A stretch of 64,000 nt of DNA from Candidatus Nomurabacteria bacterium. GTDB lineage: Bacteria; Patescibacteriota; Minisyncoccia; Phycocordibacterales; UBA918. Numbering within the stretch: position 1 is the first letter of the stretch; every line of letters starts with the position of its first letter. The position numbers were made by a program, and so were the translations under genes. This document shows positions 35,843 through 44,550 of this stretch, one piece after another. Below the pieces are notes generated by a model. The model had not been told where the DNA came from. It worked only from the letters and a program-made list of their open reading frames with translations, and made no database searches. The stretch spans positions 557,634-621,633 of the forward strand of contig CP060227.1 in the NCBI GenBank assembly GCA_023898525.1, in the 5' to 3' direction.

Positions 35843-38269
35843 TTAAACATCCTTTAAATCAGCCCAATTAGGACCAACTGCTACATCTACTGCGATTGGT
35901 ACCCCAAGCGTCTCTTTTTCCGCCAAGGCTCCCTCCATTATTTCTGCCAATTTCGGTACTATTGTATCAACTAATTCAGTTTTAATTTCGAAGACCAATT
36001 CATCATGTACCTGAAGCAAAATCCGCACGTCATCTAATTTATTTTCAGATTCCAGATATTGGTAGACATTATTCATTGCTAGTCGCATTACATCGGCCGC
36101 TGTACCTTGAATCGGCGCGTTGATCGCCATACGCTCCGCCCGCGCCCGAATAAAGGGAGCCGATGACTTTATACCAGGAAAATGTCGACGCCGACCAAAC
36201 AAGGTCTCGGTATATCCATGGTTTCTAGCAAATTCTTTGGTTTCCTCTAAATACTCGGCTAGGCGCGTAAAAGTATGAAAATAAGCATTCAAGAAACTCT
36301 GCGCTTCTTCCCTGGAAGTTTCCTCGCCCAGATTTGTCCGCAAAGCGTTTACGCCCATACCATAAAGGATACCGAAGTTAATCACCTTGGCCTTGCGACG
36401 CATTTCACTGGTAACCTCATCCGCATTAACTCCAAACACCCTGACCGCAACTCCGGTATGAACGTCTTCGCCCCGTCTAAAAATATCTACCAACTTAGCA
36501 TCATGCGACATAATCGCCGCAATCCTAAGCTCAATCTGCGAGTAATCTATTCCGACCATGGTAAACCCTTCATCCGCTACAAACGCTCGTCTGATTGCCC
36601 GACTCTCCTCGGTGCGGATTGGAATGTTCTGCAAATTTGGATCCTTCGACGAAATTCTCCCCGTGGTAGTACCGGTCTGCAAAAAAGTAGTGTGCACTCG
36701 CCCGTCATCCGCCACCTGATTTGGTAAAGTGTCGATGTAGGTGGAGACTAGTTTTTGTAGTTCTCGATATCTAAGTAATTTAGGAATAATTATGTGTTCA
36801 TCCTTCAATTTCTCTAACTCAGATTCCTTAGTAGACCGTTGTCCACCAGCGGTCTTTTTTTGATTTTTTGGTTTGAGACCCAGTTTATCAAACAACACTT
36901 CCCCCAGCTGCTTCGGTGAATTGATATTAAATTCAACTCCGGCATCTTCATAGATTCCAGTCTGTAACGACCCCAACTCAGTATGCATTTCTTTAGATAG
37001 CTGTGCTAAATAGTTAGAGTCCAACTTAATCCCCACCGCATTCATGTTGGCAATTACTGTTTGAAGTGGTAACTCAATTTTTTCATAAACAGAATACAAC
37101 TGTCCAGTCTCTTTCACATTCTTTAGCAATTGTTTTTTTATTTTATGGAAATCACTAGTCTCAAAACGAGCACGTCCATAATCAATAATGTCATTTAAAC
37201 CAGAATTAGTTCTTTCACTCTCAAGAAGCCACAGTAAAACTCCCGCTTCTACCACTTCTTTTTGATCGATATTTTGAATTTGGTTTTCCAAAGACACATC
37301 GGCCTCAAGACCCAGTACATTCTTCAAACGAATCATTAAGGTCTTGAAACCAAGCTCACTAAAGAGTGTTGCGATTTTCTCCACCCGAATAGATTCTCGC
37401 CATGACTCAGTCGGTAGAGTAAACTCGACCGGTACATCAGTACGAATAGTCGCCAGCATTTTTGAAAACTGCGCTTCTTCCTCACCTTCTTTGAGCAGCT
37501 TTATAATTCTCGGTTTTATTCCCGCCTCAAGAAAAGCTGGTTCGTCTTTTTTTAACTTTTTATAAATAGAATCAATGTCGCCAAACTTTGTTATAAGCTC
37601 GGTCGCTGTTTTCTCACCAATCCCGACAATTCCTGGGATATTATCAGACGTATCACCACGCAATCCCTTGTAGTCAGGAATCAGCTTTGGTGGAAAACCA
37701 AACCGTTCCTTTACCGCTTTTTCATCATATATAATTGTATCTTTGATACCTTTCTTGAGGGTATAAACCTGGACTCGCTTACCTTCAATACACTGCATCG
37801 TATCCATATCACCCGAGGCGATAATTACTTCCAAATTGGACCTATCTTTTGTCTGGTGTGCTATCGTTCCCAACAAGTCATCAGCCTCAAAACCAGCCTG
37901 CTCATAAAGCGGAATACCGAAGGCGGTAAATATATCCCTAGAACGAATGATTTGTGTCACCAGAGTATCATCAGTTTTTTCTCGCTTACCCTTGTAGTCA
38001 GCAAAAGCGTCGTGACGATAGGTTGGTTCTGGTAGATCAAAACAAGCCACAATGTAGTGTGGGTCAAATTCCTCCACAATTTTAAGTAGCATAGCTACCA
38101 CTCCATATAAGGCACCGGTTGGTTCGCCATTAGGGGCAGTGAAGTCAGGTAGAGCATGGAAGGCGCGGTGCAAAATCGCGTGAGCATCTAAAATTACTAA
38201 CCGTTCTTTTTGTTTAGAGTCTTTCACTCTACCAGTATACTGATTTTTTATGCATCCCGCACTAGACAA
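35843..38269 (-). CDS. polA: DNA polymerase I (5'-3' exonuclease plus polymerase domains; no obvious 3'-5' exonuclease domain).
   Basis: The N-terminal 5' nuclease is LVILDAHAILHRAFHA...GIPGIVGIGEKTA. Pol motif A is VGIDYSQIELRI. Motif B is RRKAKVINFGILYGMG. Motif C is LQVHDELVFE. Confidence 0.95.
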   Translation of the reverse strand: MSSAGCIKNQYTGRVKDSKQKERLVILDAHAILHRAFHALPDFTAPNGEPTGALYGVVAMLLKIVEEFDPHYIVACFDLPEPTYRHDAFADYKGKREKTDDTLVTQIIRSRDIFTAFGIPLYEQAGFEADDLLGTIAHQTKDRSNLEVIIASGDMDTMQCIEGKRVQVYTLKKGIKDTIIYDEKAVKERFGFPPKLIPDYKGLRGDTSDNIPGIVGIGEKTATELITKFGDIDSIYKKLKKDEPAFLEAGIKPRIIKLLKEGEEEAQFSKMLATIRTDVPVEFTLPTESWRESIRVEKIATLFSELGFKTLMIRLKNVLGLEADVSLENQIQNIDQKEVVEAGVLLWLLESERTNSGLNDIIDYGRARFETSDFHKIKKQLLKNVKETGQLYSVYEKIELPLQTVIANMNAVGIKLDSNYLAQLSKEMHTELGSLQTGIYEDAGVEFNINSPKQLGEVLFDKLGLKPKNQKKTAGGQRSTKESELEKLKDEHIIIPKLLRYRELQKLVSTYIDTLPNQVADDGRVHTTFLQTGTTTGRISSKDPNLQNIPIRTEESRAIRRAFVADEGFTMVGIDYSQIELRIAAIMSHDAKLVDIFRRGEDVHTGVAVRVFGVNADEVTSEMRRKAKVINFGILYGMGVNALRTNLGEETSREEAQSFLNAYFHTFTRLAEYLEETKEFARNHGYTETLFGRRRHFPGIKSSAPFIRARAERMAINAPIQGTAADVMRLAMNNVYQYLESENKLDDVRILLQVHDELVFEIKTELVDTIVPKLAEIMEGALAEKETLGVPIAVDVAVGPNWADLKDV

Positions 38270-38283
38270 ACACTGGATCTAAT

Positions 38284-38733
38284 CTAGCTATAGGTAATTT
38301 CTCTCTCGTTTTCACCGATCACCTTAATATCAATACTAAACATATCGTCCGGTAAGACCGCCATGATTTTTTCCGACCACTCAATACAGACCAGATTATT
38401 ATTATCAGACATAAGTTCTCCCAATCTAAGTGGTGCTACTTCAGATAAATCGTCTATACGATAAGCATCAATATGGACTAGCTGCTTAAACTTTTGATCA
38501 CCATTTATTTGGTAAATTTTCATAATAGTGAAAGTTGGACTGGTGACAGTTTCAGTTATTCCAAGTTCCTTTGCTACAAGTTGGACAAAAGTGGTCTTAC
38601 CCGCTCCGAGTTCACCAGAAAAAGCCACAACAATGGCCTGAGTAGTAGCTTTGTCTTTGATTAGAGTAATATAGTTTTTGGCAAATTTTTCGAGATCCGA
38701 CTGATCTTTGATAGTAATTTGTTTTAGTGACAT
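38284..38733 (-). CDS. tsaE: tRNA threonylcarbamoyladenosine biosynthesis ATPase TsaE.
   Basis: FSGELGAGKTTFVQ (P-loop), SPTFTI and HIDAYR are the TsaE/YjeE signatures. Confidence 0.85.
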   Translation of the reverse strand: MSLKQITIKDQSDLEKFAKNYITLIKDKATTQAIVVAFSGELGAGKTTFVQLVAKELGITETVTSPTFTIMKIYQINGDQKFKQLVHIDAYRIDDLSEVAPLRLGELMSDNNNLVCIEWSEKIMAVLPDDMFSIDIKVIGENEREITYS

Positions 38734-38796
38734 AAATATTCAAATAGCGTAGAAGGTAATAGCCAATACAATGATTGGCTATTATTTGTTGGTGTA

Positions 38797-39102
38797 TTAT
38801 AAACATCTGTTTTCTTCTAACAGCTTGATCGACTCAGGATCGTTGGCAGAAGTTCCGTTCTCGTGCATAGTTGTTAAAATTCTTTCACATGCTTCATTTA
38901 CACTGAAAAAACTTAACACTGTTTCTCCCAACCTGAACTTATCATCTGACCACCCTCTCGATTCCATAGTATCGAATCCGGCACAACCGATAAAACCCCA
39001 GCTGATTAAAAGAATTATAAATACTTTAAAAAATTTAACCTTCATTCCTACCCCTCCTACAGAGTAAATAAATAAAGTAAATACGTAAGTGTATTGGTAC
39101 AA
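38797..39102 (-). CDS. Small putative lipoprotein.
   Basis: There is a probable start at MKVKFFKVFIILLISWGFIGCAG (lipobox FIGC). The ORF as listed has extra N-terminal residues. Confidence 0.4.
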   Translation of the reverse strand: MYQYTYVFTLFIYSVGGVGMKVKFFKVFIILLISWGFIGCAGFDTMESRGWSDDKFRLGETVLSFFSVNEACERILTTMHENGTSANDPESIKLLEENRCL

Positions 39103-39226
39103 AAGTTACCATTTCACTTATACCACACCAGTACAAAAGTCGCAAGGGCGATAACCATTCTAACAACAAATTTATTTAGACACGATACTATCACCTGTCA
39201 CAATCAAGCATGGTACAATTTATTAC

Positions 39227-40960
39227 ATGATTAAGTTTAACGATCAGTCCTCCAACACTCGCATTGCTGACCTAAGAAAAAGTGAAGAAGAGAAATTAGT
39301 GCAAATTTTGGCACCCCAACGGGGCTACGATTATATAAACCTGCACGGCTACACCATAAACCCGGAAGCGGTAGCTTTATACCCTGAAAAAAAAGCGCGC
39401 GCTGCCAATTTAGTTATTTTTGACTCAACTCACGACCTACTTTCAGTAGCAGTCAAAAACCCAAGCGATCCAGTTACTGAACAAGCTTTAGCAGAAATTC
39501 AAAACAACCGCCAAAACATCCAAGTATTTATGTGTTCCACTGGAAGCCTAGAACACGCCTGGGAACGTTACGCTGATCTAGTAAAAACCTCAGCTCGTAA
39601 AAAGGGAGTGTTCGATATTGATACCAATGACATTGCCGCCTATATGAGTCATATAAAAAATAAAGAAGATGCAGCGACAGAGCTCAAGAACATTTCCACC
39701 ATCAATAACTCAAAACGAGTAACCGAAACAATTGAAATGATGTTTGCCGGAGCCATTAGTCTTTACGCTTCAGATATTCACATTGAGCCGGAAGAAAATG
39801 TAATTAGAGTTCGCTACCGCCTTGACGGTGTACTTCACGACATCTTTGATATTGACCGCTACATCTATGAAAGACTGATGTCTAGATTAAAGTTACTAGC
39901 CGGTATGACCCTGAACAAACGGCAAGAAGCGCAAGATGGGCGCTTCACTTTCGTGGTAATAGACCGCGAACTAGAAATTCGTGTCTCGGTCATTCCTGGT
40001 GCCTCCGGCGAATCGATGGTTATGCGTCTTCTTGACCCAAGTGTGGCGACTTTTAGAATTGAAAATATTGACCTCAATCCAATCATCCGAAAAGTTGTAG
40101 ATGACGAATTAAAAAAACCAAATGGATTAATTATCACTACCGGTCCAACCGGCTCTGGAAAAACCACCGCTCTTTATACTTTTCTTAAAGAAACCCACAA
40201 GGAAGGCGTAAAGATTATCACTATTGAAAATCCGGTGGAATATAAACTTGAAGGAATTGTCCAAACGCAAATCGGTGATGAATACACCTTTGCTTCCGGA
40301 CTACGAGCAATCTTACGTCAAGACCCCGACATCATCATGATTGGTGAGATTCGCGATCATGAAGTAGCCGAAACCGCAATACATGCCGCCCAGACCGGTC
40401 ACCTGGTTTTCTCCACCCTTCACACCAACAGTGCTGTGGGGGGCTTCCCTCGCCTACTAGACTTAGGAATTGATGCCCGAATTATCAGCAGCTCAGTTAG
40501 TCTCATGATGGGACAAAGATTGATGCGAAAACTTTGTAACGACTGCAAGCAACAGTACGAGGCCCCACCAGAGGAAATTAGGGTTGTAAAAGATATACTA
40601 AGTCAGCACCCAGGTAAACCGACCGTTCCAGAGCCATTAATACTATTTAAAGCGGTAGGTTGTACTGCTTGTGGTGGCACCGGTTTTAAAGGACGAATGG
40701 GTATTTTTGAAGCCATCCGAATGGATGAGAAAGTGGAAGAAGTGATAATTCGCGACCCGCGTGAACACGCTATTTTAGAAGCAGCTGCCCCGCAAGGAAT
40801 ACCAACCATGGTGGAAGACGGGGTGGAAAAAGTAGTACGAGGAATTACCTCACTAGCTGAACTAGAAAGAGTTGTGGTAATGCCTAAACCAAAATCTGAC
40901 CTAGTACCAGAAACAGAAATGGGTAGCGATGACTTATTTTTAGCTCACACTATAGCCTAA
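39227..40960 (+). CDS. pilB: Type IV pilus / type II secretion assembly ATPase (PilB/GspE family).
   Basis: It has a T2SSE N-terminal domain. Walker A is TGPTGSGKTT. The Asp and His boxes are IMIGEIRD and LVFSTLHTNSA. The C-terminal tetracysteine zinc motif is CNDC...CTACGGTG. Confidence 0.9.
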   Translation: MIKFNDQSSNTRIADLRKSEEEKLVQILAPQRGYDYINLHGYTINPEAVALYPEKKARAANLVIFDSTHDLLSVAVKNPSDPVTEQALAEIQNNRQNIQVFMCSTGSLEHAWERYADLVKTSARKKGVFDIDTNDIAAYMSHIKNKEDAATELKNISTINNSKRVTETIEMMFAGAISLYASDIHIEPEENVIRVRYRLDGVLHDIFDIDRYIYERLMSRLKLLAGMTLNKRQEAQDGRFTFVVIDRELEIRVSVIPGASGESMVMRLLDPSVATFRIENIDLNPIIRKVVDDELKKPNGLIITTGPTGSGKTTALYTFLKETHKEGVKIITIENPVEYKLEGIVQTQIGDEYTFASGLRAILRQDPDIIMIGEIRDHEVAETAIHAAQTGHLVFSTLHTNSAVGGFPRLLDLGIDARIISSSVSLMMGQRLMRKLCNDCKQQYEAPPEEIRVVKDILSQHPGKPTVPEPLILFKAVGCTACGGTGFKGRMGIFEAIRMDEKVEEVIIRDPREHAILEAAAPQGIPTMVEDGVEKVVRGITSLAELERVVVMPKPKSDLVPETEMGSDDLFLAHTIA

Positions 40961-40980
40961 AAATGCCTCTGAAAAATAAA

Positions 40981-41008
40981 AAACAGCTACGGTCAAGCTG
41001 TTTTTTAT
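40981..41008 (+). terminator. Intrinsic terminator aaaaaacagct-acggtca-agctgtttttt after pilB.
   Basis: A 10-bp stem followed by a T-run. Confidence 0.75.
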
Positions 41009-41019
41009 TTTGAGTATGA

Positions 41020-41200
41020 TATAGTCTGAACAACAACCTTGTTCATCACCATTTCGAGAGGATAACTCTCTAAGCAAAGCTTCCGCATTGAAAGTGGATA
41101 CCGCGCTAAGAGAATTTTCAGCAGCCTCACTCTAAAGGTGAGAGCCAAAAAAACCTCGCAACGTACCCGAGTTGCTTAGAGAGTTATCATCTAGAAAAAG
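41020..41200. ncRNA. Candidate structured non-coding RNA of unknown class, in a 410-bp convergent intergenic region.
   Basis: A long closing helix pairs gagaggataactctctaagcaa (41055-41076) with ttgcttagagagttatcatc (41172-41193), enclosing about 95 nt that contain local hairpins. There is no ORF. A sigma70-like promoter (TTGACA, 17 nt, TAAGAT) on the minus strand near 41270-41300 points into the region. Confidence 0.25.
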
Positions 41201-41373
41201 CCAGTTTAATTAAAAAAACATCCCTAAACAACCCGCTCTGAGTAATTTAGCTTGAGAACACTAAGTTGCAGACTATCTTAGCATATATATTTTTTTTGTC
41301 AACACCAAAACATAATCTTGGCTTAATTCCATTACTAAACACAGTTTTGAGCTTCTTAAAAATTTTCAAATAT

Positions 41374-41883
41374 TTAACTTTCAGGTGTAATATACGGCTC
41401 TAATTCACGTTCATTTAGAAAAGTCCTGCCCGACAAACCATCCTTAACCATAATAAAAGGCAGGTGTGTCACCCTAACTGACAAACCATTAACGTCTTCA
41501 CCAGCAGGTACTTTCAAAATAGTCGCTAGAGTAAAATCAGCCACCTTACCCTCTGGTAAATAATACTGATTTTGACTAATCTTGGCTGTACTCAACACCA
41601 AAGCACTGATCCCACTCTTAAAATCAATTGGTTTTCCATCTCTCAATACCTCATAACCAACATAAGGTGAATCACTTATGTTTTCCAACCCCCAAGCAGC
41701 ACCAATCGGCATATACACTTCTCGACTCGAAAAACCAAACCTGTAAGTGATAGTAAAAAGTAATGTGTTATCGCTAACTTTATATACATTTTGATCAGTG
41801 GTTTTATAGGCTGACACAGTATTTGGTAGTGAAATAATCACTACAAATAAACCCGTAAATAAATATAAGCTAATTTTTTTCAT
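41374..41883 (-). CDS. Secreted hypothetical protein (Sec signal peptide).
   Basis: The signal peptide is MKKISLYLFTGLFVVIISLPNTVSA-YK. Confidence 0.5.
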   Translation of the reverse strand: MKKISLYLFTGLFVVIISLPNTVSAYKTTDQNVYKVSDNTLLFTITYRFGFSSREVYMPIGAAWGLENISDSPYVGYEVLRDGKPIDFKSGISALVLSTAKISQNQYYLPEGKVADFTLATILKVPAGEDVNGLSVRVTHLPFIMVKDGLSGRTFLNERELEPYITPES

Positions 41884-41934
41884 GACAGCTATTTTAACAT
41901 TTATTTTGACAAATCACGAACTACCAAATTTAAG

Positions 41935-41994
41935 AAAAACGGTAAAGGGCAACCCTAGGCAGACTTGCCTAGGGTTGCCCTTTACCGTTTTTCT
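41935..41994. terminator. A perfect inverted repeat with 27-bp arms.
   Basis: aaaaacggtaaagggcaaccctaggca-gac-ttgcctagggttgccctttaccgttttt. Confidence 0.7.
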
Positions 41995-42048
41995 TCTTGA
42001 ACGAAACCAATACTAACCGACACCCAAAAAATTTGCTAATATAGCTTA

Positions 42049-43044
42049 ATGTCAAGCAATGCAAGAAAACAGACTATAACCAGAGACGACAACAGCAACC
42101 TCGACCAAACCCTTAGACCACAAACTTGGGATGATTATATCGGTCAAACAAAAATCAAAGAAAATCTTCGTATTCTTTTAACCGCCGCTAAAGAACGTGG
42201 TCACGCAGCCGAGCATATCCTACTTTATGGACCACCAGGCCTTGGCAAAACCACCCTAGCCCACCTAATAGCCAAAACCCTTGGCACCAACATGCGTACC
42301 ACTTCCGGACCAGCCATTGAAAGAGTTGGTGATCTAGCCGCCATCTTAACCAACCTATCACCAGGTGACGTTCTATTTATAGATGAAATTCACCGCCTCT
42401 CTAAAAGTATTGAGGAAGTACTTTATCCGGCTATGGAATCTGGGGTACTGGACATCATTATCGGTAAAGGTCCATCAGCTCGCACAGTCCAACTAGACCT
42501 TCCCCCCTTCACTTTAGTAGCTGCTACCACCCGCATTTCAATGTTATCGGCACCGCTGCGCTCACGTTTTTCTGGTGGAACCTTTCGCTTAGAATTTTAT
42601 AGTCCAGAAGATATCTCTTCTATCCTTACCCACTCAGCTAAGATATTGGCTATTGATTCCAATCCAGAAACCATGATGAAAATTGCCACCCGTTGTCGTG
42701 CCACCCCCCGAACCGCCAATTATTTACTAAAACGTTGTCGTGATATGGCCCAGCTAGACGGCGGAGAACTTACTAATGATATTATTGACCGCACTTTTTC
42801 GCTTCTGGAAATAGATAATCTTGGTTTAGGAACCCCAGATCGCGCTGTACTGGAAGTGATAATTAGTAAATTTAAAGGTGGACCAGTCGGACTAAACACC
42901 ATCGCCGCCGCTACTGGCGAGGAGCAGTCCACTATCGAAGACGTGATTGAACCTTACCTGATTAGACAAGGTCTCTTGGAACGCACCCCCCGCGGTCGCA
43001 TGACCACCATAGAAGCTGATAGACATATGGGATTTTCAGATTAA
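42049..43044 (+). CDS. ruvB: Holliday junction branch-migration ATPase RuvB.
   Basis: It is an AAA+ protein. Walker A is LLYGPPGLGKTTLA. Walker B is VLFIDEIHRL. Sensor 2 is present, and there is a C-terminal winged helix. Confidence 0.95.
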   Translation: MSSNARKQTITRDDNSNLDQTLRPQTWDDYIGQTKIKENLRILLTAAKERGHAAEHILLYGPPGLGKTTLAHLIAKTLGTNMRTTSGPAIERVGDLAAILTNLSPGDVLFIDEIHRLSKSIEEVLYPAMESGVLDIIIGKGPSARTVQLDLPPFTLVAATTRISMLSAPLRSRFSGGTFRLEFYSPEDISSILTHSAKILAIDSNPETMMKIATRCRATPRTANYLLKRCRDMAQLDGGELTNDIIDRTFSLLEIDNLGLGTPDRAVLEVIISKFKGGPVGLNTIAAATGEEQSTIEDVIEPYLIRQGLLERTPRGRMTTIEADRHMGFSD

Positions 43045-43090
43045 ACTAATGTCAGTATTTTATTAATTTAACTTAAATAAAAATAATAGT

Positions 43091-43630
43091 ATGTCAGGAC
43101 ACAATAAATGGTCTAAGATCAAACACAAAAAAGCTGCTACCGATGCCCAGAAAAGTAAAATCTTTTCTAAGCACTCAAGTTTAATCACAATGGAATCAAA
43201 GAAAGCCGGTGGTGATATTAACTCACCCGGGTTAGCCGCTGCGATTGAACGCGCCAAGAAAGATTCAATGCCTAAAGAAAATATTGATCGCGCAGTAGCT
43301 AAAGGAAGTGGGGCTGGCGGAGAATCAATGCAAGAAGTTATGTTTGAAGCCTACGGCCCTGGTGGGGTAGCTATCTTAATAACCGCCGTAACTGACAACA
43401 ACAACCGTACCAACCAAGAAATAAAGCATATTTTTTCTAAAACCGGCTACCAACTTGGAACACCCGGCTCGGCTGCTTGGGCCTTCACAAAAAAAGATGG
43501 TGATTATATACCAAACTCTCCGCTGGAACTATCAGATGACGATGGTGAAAAACTAGCCAGCCTTATTGAACAGATTGAGGAGCAAGATGATGTACAAGAT
43601 ATCTACACCACCGCTGATGATGTAGAATAA
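43091..43630 (+). CDS. yebC: YebC/PmpR (TACO1) family transcriptional regulator-like protein, shorter than usual.
   Basis: The N-terminus MSGHNKWSKIKHKKAATDAQKSKIFSK...AIERAKKDSMPKENIDRAVAKG is a clear YebC signature. At 179 aa it is shorter than the usual ~240 aa. Confidence 0.8.
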   Translation: MSGHNKWSKIKHKKAATDAQKSKIFSKHSSLITMESKKAGGDINSPGLAAAIERAKKDSMPKENIDRAVAKGSGAGGESMQEVMFEAYGPGGVAILITAVTDNNNRTNQEIKHIFSKTGYQLGTPGSAAWAFTKKDGDYIPNSPLELSDDDGEKLASLIEQIEEQDDVQDIYTTADDVE

Positions 43631-43635
43631 GTAAC

Positions 43636-44115
43636 ATGAAAGTGTTAGCTGTCGATCCTGGCTACGACCGTATCGGTGTAGCTATCCTGGAAAAGAACCA
43701 AGGTGGCGAATTTTTGCATTACTCTACCTGTATAGAAACCAGTAAAAATAACTCTTTAACTGAACGTATTTTTTACGCCGGAGAAACTATTGCAAAGTTA
43801 CTAAACGAACATCAGCCACAAGCCGTGGCTATTGAAACTCTGTTCTTTAATAAAAACATCAAAACCGCCATTGGTGTAGCCCAGGCGAGAGGAATGATAA
43901 TTTATTTAGCAAAAAAACACGACTGCCAGGTATTTGAATATGGACCACAGGAAATAAAAATCGCCACTACTGGCTACGGGAAGAGTGATAAACAGGCTGT
44001 TATCCAAATGGTTAAGCGATTGGTTAAAAACGTACCACAAGAGGCTCTGGACGATGAATACGATGCGATTGCGGTTGGGATTACCTGTCTTGCACACAAC
44101 GCTAATGACAGGTAA
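43636..44115 (+). CDS. ruvC: Crossover junction endodeoxyribonuclease RuvC.
   Basis: MKVLAVDPGYDRIGVAIL (catalytic Asp), EYGPQEIK and DAIAVGI are RuvC motifs. Confidence 0.9.
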   Translation: MKVLAVDPGYDRIGVAILEKNQGGEFLHYSTCIETSKNNSLTERIFYAGETIAKLLNEHQPQAVAIETLFFNKNIKTAIGVAQARGMIIYLAKKHDCQVFEYGPQEIKIATTGYGKSDKQAVIQMVKRLVKNVPQEALDDEYDAIAVGITCLAHNANDR

Positions 44116-44187
44116 AATCCTCCAAACATATTGAAATATGTGTAAAGTTTTGTTACAACAACTGTAATAAATAATTAAAATATAAAT

Positions 44188-44460
44188 ATGATATTTTTAC
44201 ATAGCGATGAAGAAGAAGAGTTGGAAGATGATAGTGAAAACCCGGACGATGATAACGGTTTAGATGATGATTTACTGGATGAAGTAACCGACGAAGACGG
44301 AGAAGAAGATAGTGGCATGGAAGGTTTTGGGTTAGTTGATGACGAAAATGATGACGGTGAAGATAATGAAGAGGAAGACGAACTGGACGAAGAAGAGTCG
44401 CTCGAGGACGACGCTGAAGATGTAGACTTTGATACTTTTGATGACATTGATGAGATGTAA
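44188..44460 (+). CDS. Extremely acidic small protein (about 60% Asp/Glu).
   Basis: A 90-aa ORF on the plus strand. It is followed by a perfect palindrome terminator (aacagggttt-aaac-aaaccctgtt at 44489-44514) with a T-run on the plus strand. The antisense frames encode only poly-Ser/Leu low-complexity sequence. Confidence 0.4.
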   Translation: MIFLHSDEEEELEDDSENPDDDNGLDDDLLDEVTDEDGEEDSGMEGFGLVDDENDDGEDNEEEDELDEEESLEDDAEDVDFDTFDDIDEM

Positions 44461-44550
44461 GACATAATTCAAACCTAAAAATATGTAAAACAGGGTTAAA
44501 CAAACCCTGTTTTTTATTAGCCTAAAAAACACCTATTTACAAATAACTTT

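Noticed and set aside
44175-44532. Minus-strand poly-Ser ORF (44175..44465) and ORFs 44153..44503 and 44332..44532, all antisense to the acidic ORF.
   Set aside because: Their translations are low-complexity mirrors of the GAx-rich sense strand. The terminator orientation supports the plus-strand ORF. Only one coding strand is plausible and the acidic ORF is the better candidate, though still uncertain.
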